Made by a program: the position numbers and the translations under genes
NCBI GenBank assembly: GCA_963796455.1
Contig: CAWCLO010000010.1
Span: 672,001 to 736,000 of the forward strand
DNA length: 64,000 bases
Reading direction: 5' to 3'
DNA from: Candidatus Sulfomarinibacteraceae bacterium
GTDB lineage: Bacteria; Acidobacteriota; Thermoanaerobaculia; Thermoanaerobaculales; Sulfomarinibacteraceae
The notes under the pieces: generated by a model
Seen by the model: the letters and a program-made list of their open reading frames with translations, nothing else
Told to the model about the DNA's origin: nothing
Database searches by the model: none
Part shown: piece after piece, positions 31,028 to 39,521 of the stretch
Layout of the letters: each line of letters starts with the position of its first letter
How positions within the stretch are numbered: position 1 is the first letter of the stretch

Positions 31028-34000
31028 ATGAAGCGGACCTCATGGTTTCTGTGCCTGATGCTGATTGGCCTGGCAGGCTCTGCCGGCGCCGGCTCGATCA
31101 ACGACCGCGTGCAAGGCCACGTTGAATCTGCGGTCAAGAATGGCGTGCAGCCGACCGATTTCCACCATCTTTTCTTCGCGCTGAACTGGCGCGCGACCTT
31201 TGACGATTGGCAAGTGGCCGAACGTGCTCTCGATCGACTGAGCGGTGCTTCGAAAACACATCCGTTGATGAAGGACGAACTGCGATTGATGCGCTCGCGG
31301 CTGGAGATGGACGGGGGTCGTGATGCGGCCGCCCGGGAGCTCTTCCGGACCATGGGTGGATTGACGAGGTGGTGGTTTCTCGGTCCGGAGCCCCTCGAGG
31401 AGTTGCAGGATTTTGATGGTGTGGGTCTGCCTGCCGCCGGGGATGCCGGTTGGCGCGAGGCGGCCGGCACCGATCCTCTCGGGTGGCTGCACATTTCCGG
31501 GCTCGCCTGGCCGCCACAACGGCAGATGGCCTATCTGGGCACGACCATTGTCAGTGATCGAGAACAGCCCGTAGCGATCAGGGTGGGCGTGGCACAGGTC
31601 GCCCGCATCTGGCTCAACGGATCGGAAATTGCGACGACTCCGAAACCCCTGGCCCGCGCCGAAGATCAGATGTCCAGCGGTGCGTGGTTGCGAGCGGGCC
31701 GCAACTCGGTGGTGATTGCGGTCGCGTCAGAAGATGATCGGTGGTGGCTGCGCGCACGCTTGACGCAGCCGGATGGTTCGCCGCTCACGGGTGTCCGCGA
31801 AGCCGGCGACGCCCCAATCGACAGGACGGCGGTCGATCGCGAAGCACCCCCGGTACAGGACCTCCGTTCCTTGATCCAGAGCGGAGTCGATGAGGGTGTC
31901 CCAGGAGCAACCGTTGCGCTGGCGGCCTACCTGGTTGCCCACCGTCCGGAACCGGTAGGCGGTGGTGGGACACGGTCCGCCTGCCGGGCCGCGCGTTCTG
32001 CGTCGCCTGCGGAGTCCCGGCTTCTCGAATGGTTGGTGACAACCGAAGCCAGGTTGGCCCGAGATCTGCTCGCAGAAGCTGTCGAGCAGGATCCCCAGTT
32101 GGTCTGGGCGCGTCTCGAGCTGGCCGAGTGGCTGGCTGATCGGAATCTTTTCGAACAAGCGCACGCGATCCTGGAGGGTTTTGATTCCGACGAGCCCAGT
32201 ATTTCGATCGCAAAGCTCGATCTCGACGCCATGATGTGGGGCCCCGTGATGATTCCCGAAATGGCCGCTCTTGCCCGCGCTTGGCCGCGATGCCTGGTTG
32301 CCAATATGAGCCTCGCCGACGGCGCGATGGATGGACGGCGTTGGGATCTGGCGGAGGAGGCCATCGCCCGCTTGACCGAATTCGCGCCGGGACTGGGCCC
32401 GGTCTTTGATCTGCGTGCCGAGATGGCTGAAAGCTGTGGTGATGGCACGACCCTCCGGGAAATCTACGGTTCCCGGCTCCGGCGCGATCCGAATCAACCC
32501 GACGTCCGGCTGCGAATGGCGAGGTTGCAGGCGGCGGATAACGATCTCGATGGTGCCCGCACCCTTCTCGATGACGGTTTGCGGCGCTCACCGACCGATG
32601 TGGATCTCTTGATGGAACTCGCGAGCATCGAACATCTGGCAGGTGATGAAGCGCGTACAACCGAGATCGCCCGGGAAGTACTTTCCATCCGACCGCAGAA
32701 TCGGCGGGCGCAGCGCCTGTTGGAACTCCTCGGCGAGGGTGGCGAGGATTTTGACTGGTTGCGATCTCCCGAGGAGCTCTGGGCAATGGTCGATGCGGCG
32801 TCGCCCGCCCGGACGGCTCAGGTGATTGTCGATCGAAGGGAGGTGGAGTTTCTGCCTTCGAATCTCATCGAAGAGCGCGTTCAACAGGCCATCTACATCA
32901 CCGAGGCCGACCGCGCGAACGATTTGTTGTCCCACCACATCCCCTTTGTCGCCGAGAAGGAACGATTGCGGATTCTGCGGGCCCGGATTCTGCGCCGTGA
33001 TGGCTCGGAGGTCGGTGCGCGCCAGGGCGACACGCCGCGTCTGTCCGAGCCCGAGTTCAACCTTTTTTACGACACCCGATTGCGTGTGCTGCAGTTCACC
33101 GAGTTTGAAGACGGCGATCTCGTCGAGATAGCCTATGTCCTGAGCCAGACTGGAGAGGCCAACGACACCGGACCGTACAACGGCGGTCTGATCCCTCTCG
33201 GCAGGGCCCTCCCGGTGGCGTTGATGGAAGTCGAGCTCAGCGGCCCCTCAGAGCTCCTGCCGGCATGGGAGTTGATTCACATCGAAGGCGAGCCCAATGA
33301 AGAAGTGGATTCGGCGGGCCGGCGGTCGCTGCGTTGGCAATGGCGCGATATCGAGGCCGTGCCGAACGATGTGCCGGCAGCTCCCCAGTTGATGGTCACG
33401 CCCTACATGGTCTACTCGAACCACCCTGAGTGGGAGGATCTGACGGACTGGTACCTGCGGCACATCGAACCAAGGGTACGGGTATCGACTCAGGTCGAGG
33501 AGACTGCAAATCGACTGGTGGTTGGCATTGAAGACCGTCTCGAGCGGATTCAACGGATCTATCGTTTTGTCACCAACGAAATCAAATATGTCGGTCTGGA
33601 ATTCGGCGAACATCGTTTTCGGCCTTTCTCGGCCGACTGGGTGCTGCACCACGAAATTGGTGACTGCAAGGACAAGGCGGCGCTGCTGGTGGCCTTGTTC
33701 GATGTGATCGGGATCCCGGCTCACATGGTGATGGTCCGAACCTCGGATCTCGGTCCCGTTGGACACGAGATGGCGTTGCTCGAAACCTTCAATCACGCCA
33801 TCGTTTACCTCCCCGAGGACGATCTGTGGCTCGATGGCACCGCCACCGGCCACCCGGTCTTCCCGCCGCCGGATCTCGATCAGGATGCGCTGGTGCTGGT
33901 GGCCGGCGGCGAGCTCGGCCGGCCGCAGACAACACCGACCGTCGGCGCCGGTCTGGCGCAACACCGGTTCGTGCTTTCCGCCGAACAAAACGGCAATGTG

Positions 34001-34558
34001 GAGATCGAGATCCGGGCCCGAGAAACCGGTGGTGCGGCGGATCGACGGCGAGCGCGCTTCGCGGGAAGCCGCGATCCGCAGCGATTTGCACGATGGTTGC
34101 AGGAACAGTTCCCCGGCGCTCAGCTCACCGGCGAACCGACGCTGCAGATCATTTCAAGCCGCGATCCCACAATTGTCGAGATCACCGGTTTGATCGCGAG
34201 CTCGTCGTTGAAGAGTACCGGCGGCATCAAGATCTATCCGGGCGACCTCGGGTGGGCGGCGAGCATGGTCCCGGGTGGCGAACGAAGCGGTCCGCTGATG
34301 ATCGTGACCCGTCCGGACCTCGAATGGAGCGTCGAGGTCGATCTCGGGAGGCCGCCATTGACGCTCCCCGATCCGATCGATCTCGAGACCCGTTTCGGAA
34401 CGCTCCGGGTGGAGCTTGCATCGGAATCCTCAGGCTATCGGGTGGATGGTTTCTTTCATTTCCGACCGGGTCTGACGGCGGCTGAAGATGTGGGCGAGCT
34501 GAGAGACTTCCTGGTGGAGGTCGAACGCCAACTCGAACGAAGGTTGGAGTCGCCATGA
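31028..34558 (+). CDS. exported TPR + DUF3857 + transglutaminase-like protein (catalytic triad present)
   Basis: Signal peptide from ATG 31028; TPR-like helices; GDLVEIAY; IKYVGLEFG, GDCKDKA (Cys), FNHAI (His), WLDGT (Asp). Confidence 0.8.
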   Translation: MKRTSWFLCLMLIGLAGSAGAGSINDRVQGHVESAVKNGVQPTDFHHLFFALNWRATFDDWQVAERALDRLSGASKTHPLMKDELRLMRSRLEMDGGRDAAARELFRTMGGLTRWWFLGPEPLEELQDFDGVGLPAAGDAGWREAAGTDPLGWLHISGLAWPPQRQMAYLGTTIVSDREQPVAIRVGVAQVARIWLNGSEIATTPKPLARAEDQMSSGAWLRAGRNSVVIAVASEDDRWWLRARLTQPDGSPLTGVREAGDAPIDRTAVDREAPPVQDLRSLIQSGVDEGVPGATVALAAYLVAHRPEPVGGGGTRSACRAARSASPAESRLLEWLVTTEARLARDLLAEAVEQDPQLVWARLELAEWLADRNLFEQAHAILEGFDSDEPSISIAKLDLDAMMWGPVMIPEMAALARAWPRCLVANMSLADGAMDGRRWDLAEEAIARLTEFAPGLGPVFDLRAEMAESCGDGTTLREIYGSRLRRDPNQPDVRLRMARLQAADNDLDGARTLLDDGLRRSPTDVDLLMELASIEHLAGDEARTTEIAREVLSIRPQNRRAQRLLELLGEGGEDFDWLRSPEELWAMVDAASPARTAQVIVDRREVEFLPSNLIEERVQQAIYITEADRANDLLSHHIPFVAEKERLRILRARILRRDGSEVGARQGDTPRLSEPEFNLFYDTRLRVLQFTEFEDGDLVEIAYVLSQTGEANDTGPYNGGLIPLGRALPVALMEVELSGPSELLPAWELIHIEGEPNEEVDSAGRRSLRWQWRDIEAVPNDVPAAPQLMVTPYMVYSNHPEWEDLTDWYLRHIEPRVRVSTQVEETANRLVVGIEDRLERIQRIYRFVTNEIKYVGLEFGEHRFRPFSADWVLHHEIGDCKDKAALLVALFDVIGIPAHMVMVRTSDLGPVGHEMALLETFNHAIVYLPEDDLWLDGTATGHPVFPPPDLDQDALVLVAGGELGRPQTTPTVGAGLAQHRFVLSAEQNGNVEIEIRARETGGAADRRRARFAGSRDPQRFARWLQEQFPGAQLTGEPTLQIISSRDPTIVEITGLIASSSLKSTGGIKIYPGDLGWAASMVPGGERSGPLMIVTRPDLEWSVEVDLGRPPLTLPDPIDLETRFGTLRVELASESSGYRVDGFFHFRPGLTAAEDVGELRDFLVEVERQLERRLESP

Positions 34559-37500
34559 GCATTCAGAGGCAGTGTGCTCTGTTCCTGATTGTTTTGATCC
34601 TGGCGGCCTCGCCCGCAGCGGCGGGCTGGCACGAAGTGCGCCGTGCGGACATGGCATTTGATCTCCCGGCGGCGCGTGCGGAGGCGCTTCAAACCATATC
34701 CAATGCCCCGGCGAGTATGGATGCGATCGCGGCCGCCACCTGGTGGCTGGCGAATATCGAAGACATCTCCGACCCCGAAGAAGTCCTCGCGGTTGACGCC
34801 ACCGAGCGCGATCCGGAACTCGGGTTCATCCTCGGATTGATCGAACACCGCCTTCGTTTCGAACCGCCCCCCGGGGCGCTGAACGATGCCGAACTGGCCG
34901 GAGCCTTCGGGGTGTTCACCATCCTCGATCTCGAGCGCCATGTTGTACCTCCGGATGGTGCCCTACCGGCTCCCGGAACTCGATGGACCGATCCATCAAG
35001 GCCGGTGCGTCTGCCGATGCGAACTCCTGACGGGCGTTTCGGGCCGCCGCGGTCGATGGCGATCGACGGCATCTACCTCGTGGCATGGAATCTGAAGGCA
35101 ACCGCCCCGGCCACCGGTTGGCTGGTGGTGGAGGCGGCGGGCGGCTTCAATCTCGAAGTCGACGGCGTCGAGATCGATCGGCGTCGCCATTGCGGACGCA
35201 CGGAACCGGAGATCACCTGGTACCGCGTTCGACTGGATGAGGGAAACCATCGGGTACGTGTGGAGATCGGAGCCACCGAAGAGCCCCAGGTGCGGCTGAC
35301 TCTTCTTGACGATCTCGGGGCCCCCATGACGACGGTGTCCACCGTTGACGAGCAGGCGACGGAATTGGCCACCTCGGAGATCGAACGTGCCGAGCCCCCG
35401 GCCGCGCGGGACTTCCGGGTGTTACTCGAGGGCGACAAGGTGTCGATCGATGAACTTCTCCTGGCCGCTCAGATCGAGCGTGGTCGTGGTGACCCCGTCG
35501 CCACCTACCGGTTTCTCGAGCGGGCGCGGGCTATCGATCCCTTGGATCCCTGGCCGGCCCTGGCCCTGGGCGAACACCTCATCCTGGATGGCAACAGCGG
35601 CCGCGCGCCTGAAACAAGCCGCCGGATCGTGCAGCACCTCCGGGTCGCTCGAAAGATTCCGGGCACTTCGATTTTCGATCGGCTCCTGGCCGAACGCGAG
35701 GGGCGCGCCGAAGATGCAGAACGCCTGCTCGATTCGATGATGAATGACCACGGCGACGATGTCAGGGTGCTTCGGATCTGGGTTCGGGAGGCAGTGAATC
35801 GTGGATGGGCGCGCGAAGCTGAAGACGGGCTGGGGCGTCTCGAATCCGCCCTCCCCGGATCGCTGAGTGTCACCGGGCTTCGCCTGGAAGTGCTGGCCTC
35901 TCTCGAGCGCTGGCGGGAGCGCGAGGAGCTGCTCCGTGCGCTGGCATCGGCGACTCCGGTGGAGTACCGCTGGATCGGCCAGATGGCATCGAGCTGTCTG
36001 GTCGACGAAGCGATTGCCGCGAGTCGCGCGCTCCATCAAGAAGTGGACAATCCGGATTTTGACATTCCGATGATTCGACTTCAGCTCGAGAGTTCCCACT
36101 TCGATGTCGCACGTGCCGAGCTTGATCGCACGCGGGCACAATGGGGGGATCTGCCGATATTCGACGAACTGGAGCTGATTCTGTCCGGCGACGATTCCGA
36201 GGAACTCAGTCGCGCCCTTGACGCCGCCCTCGAGCGAAACCCATCGAATCTGGAATTGCTGGTCCTTTCATGGCGACTTGGCGCCGAGCCGTTTTTTGCC
36301 CCCTTCCGTGTGAACGGAGACGATTTTGCGGCCGAGTACGAGGATCTGGGCAAGGACGCCGATGTGGTGTTGCTGCTCGATCAAGCGGTCGAACGCATCT
36401 TTCCCGATGGCTCGAGCCTGTACTACTACCACGGTCTGTCACGCGCCAATACGCCGGTCGGTGCGCGACGCGCGTCGCAACTCCAGCCTCTGGCCGATTC
36501 CCACCAGATCATGGTGCGCATCATCAAGCCGGATGGGCGGGTGGTGGTTCCGGTCGATGTTCAAGGCGGTCAGGCGGTGGCCAATCTCTCGGAGGTCGAG
36601 GCCGGAGATCTGGTCGAAGAGGAGTATGTGTCCCGAGTCGCAGCCACCGGCGCTTCCCGCCGCGGTCATCTGCCGCCCTATATCTATCGCTTTGCGGACC
36701 CTGATCGCGCCTTTGGTCTCTCCGAATACGTACTCCTGGTGCCCAATGAAATCGACGTCCAGGTGGATGGAAATCTGGAAGGCCTGGATCGAGAAGAGAG
36801 CGACTGGCGTGGCCTCCGGCTTCTGCGGTGGCGCAACGAAAATGTGCCGGCTGTCGCTACAGAGCCGTTTTCTCCTCCGGCTGCGGAGCTGATGCCGTGG
36901 CTCAACTACGGCTTCGGGGTCAGCTGGAATGATGTGGGTGACGCGGTGAGGGATCGGGTACTGCCGGTGCTGCGGACCTCGCCGGATCTCCAGGCGTGGG
37001 CTGAAAGGGTGATGCAGGGCAAAACGGCGGCGGTTCGGCTCGAGGCCCTTGTCGGTGCGCTGGTTGACGAGGTCCAGCCGGGGAATACCGAAATCGCCAT
37101 CGGTTTTGCAGCGGGTGAGACCTTTGCCTACCGTCGTGGAAATCGTCTGGGCATCCTCGCCTCGGTCCTGGCGGATCAAGGATGGACCGTCGACCTTGTC
37201 CTGACCCGTCCGACGACAGATCGCGACCAGAGGCTCGAACTTCCGACTCTCGATGCCTTTCCGGTGACGCTGCTTCGTGTCGCCGATGGTGATGAAGAGT
37301 TCTGGATCGATATGCGAGAGGAAGAACGGGGAGTTGATCACATCAACCCCTTTTTCCAGGGCAGTGACGGTTTGGTCCTTCCCCTGACCCGACCGGAACT
37401 CGCAGTGAGCAGGATCGACGAATTGCCCATCTATGAAAATCCCGAGCTCGAGGAACATGTGAATGTGCGCGCCGAGGTCAACCCGGATGGCAGCGCGCGG

Positions 37501-38073
37501 CTTGCGTTCCGCATGCACCTTCGCGGGAATCAGGCGGAGCGTCTTTTGGAGCAAATCGAAAGCGTACCCGAGGACCAGATTCCGATGGTCTATCGCCAGA
37601 TCGCGGTTTCGATGTTTCCGGGGGCGAGCGGAGTCGAGGGCCGGATCGATTCCGTCGAAGACGACTCGATCATCGAGCTCTTGATGACCCTGCCCGCTGC
37701 CTGCGATGTCGTTCCGACAAAGATCGAGTGCCGATCTCTGATCCTCTCGAACCCGCTGGTGCCGGTTCTCGCCGCTCTTCCCGAACGGAGATACCCGCTG
37801 CTGCTGCAGATGCCCATCATCCGCCGCCTCGAGCTCGAGATCATCGAGCCCTCAGGGTGGGTTCTCGAAGATCGGCCGCCGCGCCGCCTCGACACCCAAT
37901 GGGGATCGGTGAGCGAAGATCTCGACCGCGGGGCAGGGAGCCTTCGTTCGGTGCTTTCGATTTCGGTGCCGTCTCAGAAAGTGGCCACCGAGGACTATCG
38001 AGCCTTCGCGCGCTTCTGTCAGGCAATTGATGAAATCTCCACGCGGCCGCCGACGCTGGTGCCGGTCAGGTAG
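34555..38073 (+). CDS. exported TPR + DUF3857-like paralog lacking transglutaminase catalytic residues
   Basis: Signal peptide; GDLVEEEY; RRGNRL, FPVTLL and WIDM at the positions of GDCKD, FNHAI and WLDG. Confidence 0.7.
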   Translation: MSIQRQCALFLIVLILAASPAAAGWHEVRRADMAFDLPAARAEALQTISNAPASMDAIAAATWWLANIEDISDPEEVLAVDATERDPELGFILGLIEHRLRFEPPPGALNDAELAGAFGVFTILDLERHVVPPDGALPAPGTRWTDPSRPVRLPMRTPDGRFGPPRSMAIDGIYLVAWNLKATAPATGWLVVEAAGGFNLEVDGVEIDRRRHCGRTEPEITWYRVRLDEGNHRVRVEIGATEEPQVRLTLLDDLGAPMTTVSTVDEQATELATSEIERAEPPAARDFRVLLEGDKVSIDELLLAAQIERGRGDPVATYRFLERARAIDPLDPWPALALGEHLILDGNSGRAPETSRRIVQHLRVARKIPGTSIFDRLLAEREGRAEDAERLLDSMMNDHGDDVRVLRIWVREAVNRGWAREAEDGLGRLESALPGSLSVTGLRLEVLASLERWREREELLRALASATPVEYRWIGQMASSCLVDEAIAASRALHQEVDNPDFDIPMIRLQLESSHFDVARAELDRTRAQWGDLPIFDELELILSGDDSEELSRALDAALERNPSNLELLVLSWRLGAEPFFAPFRVNGDDFAAEYEDLGKDADVVLLLDQAVERIFPDGSSLYYYHGLSRANTPVGARRASQLQPLADSHQIMVRIIKPDGRVVVPVDVQGGQAVANLSEVEAGDLVEEEYVSRVAATGASRRGHLPPYIYRFADPDRAFGLSEYVLLVPNEIDVQVDGNLEGLDREESDWRGLRLLRWRNENVPAVATEPFSPPAAELMPWLNYGFGVSWNDVGDAVRDRVLPVLRTSPDLQAWAERVMQGKTAAVRLEALVGALVDEVQPGNTEIAIGFAAGETFAYRRGNRLGILASVLADQGWTVDLVLTRPTTDRDQRLELPTLDAFPVTLLRVADGDEEFWIDMREEERGVDHINPFFQGSDGLVLPLTRPELAVSRIDELPIYENPELEEHVNVRAEVNPDGSARLAFRMHLRGNQAERLLEQIESVPEDQIPMVYRQIAVSMFPGASGVEGRIDSVEDDSIIELLMTLPAACDVVPTKIECRSLILSNPLVPVLAALPERRYPLLLQMPIIRRLELEIIEPSGWVLEDRPPRRLDTQWGSVSEDLDRGAGSLRSVLSISVPSQKVATEDYRAFARFCQAIDEISTRPPTLVPVR

Positions 38074-38214
38074 AAGAGAACCGCAAAGGGTGCAGGGTGC
38101 GGTGCCGGGCCGAAGAGGGTCTGGGCCTCAACTCTCGCCATTTCCCTGGTCGCTGGGTTCTTGAATTCCTGCGCGGACAGGAATCGGACCTTCTTCGTTA
38201 TACTCTCCGCCGTC

Positions 38215-39123
38215 ATGGAAATGGTTGAAGGCACCGTCATCGCGATGCACGGACCACTGGTCCGGGTGCAGGTGGTCGAGCAGACCCTGGTGGTGGCATC
38301 ACGGCGGAGACTCAACTGGGAGGGCGGTACGCCGCCGGCGGCCCGATTGGTGGTCGGTGACCGGGTGACGCTGGAGATGCGTGGCGAGGACGGGGTGATC
38401 GTGGCGGTCCACGCCCGCCGCAACAGCCTGCTCCGCAAGGCACCGTCGAAGAACCGGGCTCAGATCCTGGCGGCAAATGTCGATCATGCGCTGCTGGTCT
38501 TTGCCGCCCGTGAGCCCGAGCCAAAACCCGGCTTGTTGGATCGCTTCCTCGTCGCCTGCCATCTGGCCGGCATCGAGGCCGTTATTACCATCAACAAGAT
38601 CGATCAAGGCATCGAAGACGTCAAACGATGGCTGCCGATCTATCAGGCCCTCGGCTATGACGTGCGGCTGGTGTCGGCGCGCAGCGGATGGGGTCTCGGG
38701 AGCGTGAAGCGAATGCTCATCGATCGCACGACCTTGTTCTGCGGCCCCTCCGGAGCCGGTAAGTCTTCATTGCTCAACGCGGTCTACCCCGGCTTTCGCC
38801 TCAAGGTGGGCGAGCTCTCCGATAGTTCCGGCAAGGGGCGCCACACGACCTCTCTGGCCGAGCTGATGCCCTTGCCCTACGGTGGTTTTGTCGTCGATAC
38901 ACCCGGGCTCAAGGAGTTCGGAGTTTGGGATGTCAGCATCGAGGAATTGGCCGCCGCGTTCCCGGATATCAGCGAACACACCGACCAGTGTCGGTATTCG
39001 AACTGTACCCACCAGGAGGAGCCCGATTGCGCCGTCCTCGAGGCGGTCGAAGAGGGTGAGATCCATCCCGGGCGTCTCGCGAGCTATCGCAAGATCCTCG
39101 AGGAGGCGCTGGAGTCGAGCTAG
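38215..39123 (+). CDS. rsgA: ribosome small subunit-dependent GTPase A
   Basis: VVGDRV, AANVD, NKID, GPSGAGKSSLLN, GKGRHTT, DTPG, CRYSNCTH..EPDC. Confidence 0.97.
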   Translation: MEMVEGTVIAMHGPLVRVQVVEQTLVVASRRRLNWEGGTPPAARLVVGDRVTLEMRGEDGVIVAVHARRNSLLRKAPSKNRAQILAANVDHALLVFAAREPEPKPGLLDRFLVACHLAGIEAVITINKIDQGIEDVKRWLPIYQALGYDVRLVSARSGWGLGSVKRMLIDRTTLFCGPSGAGKSSLLNAVYPGFRLKVGELSDSSGKGRHTTSLAELMPLPYGGFVVDTPGLKEFGVWDVSIEELAAAFPDISEHTDQCRYSNCTHQEEPDCAVLEAVEEGEIHPGRLASYRKILEEALESS

Positions 39124-39305
39124 CTTCCTGCCACATTTTGGTGCCACTGACTATCAGGAGCCTCTTTTCGCATGGTTGGCACTTCTGATCGTCATGCCTC
39201 GGGGACAACCGCGGTGGTCCCGCCGGATTCGAGATAGATTCCTCGGTCAACCGGGTTTCAATCCGTAATCAGCAAAGACTCGGCCGTTTCCCGCAACCTT
39301 TTTTG

Positions 39306-39404
39306 AACCGCAAAGAGCGCAAAGAGCGCAAAGAAAGTCTCTTTGTTCGCGAGACGCAAAGGGTCCTTTGCGATGTCTTTGCGTTCTTCGCGGTCTTAGC
39401 GGTT
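39306..39404. repeat. inverted CGCAAAG-type nonamer arrays bounded by AACCGC...GCGGTT
   Basis: AACCGCAAAG AGCGCAAAG AGCGCAAAG ... CTTTGCGTT CTTCGCGGT CTTAGCGGTT. Confidence 0.85.
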
Positions 39405-39521
39405 CCATTGGGCATTCGAAATTCGGATCGCTCTGCATTGAGAGGCGACGGGCGGGGGTCAACTTCACCTTCCGATCGCATGAAATCCTCAGGGGATGGG
39501 TTGATCCCCTACCTTGAGTAC

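Noticed and set aside
38087..38110. AGGGTGC x2 possible repeat arm after the DUF3857 pair
   Set aside because: Too short, and no convincing complementary arm
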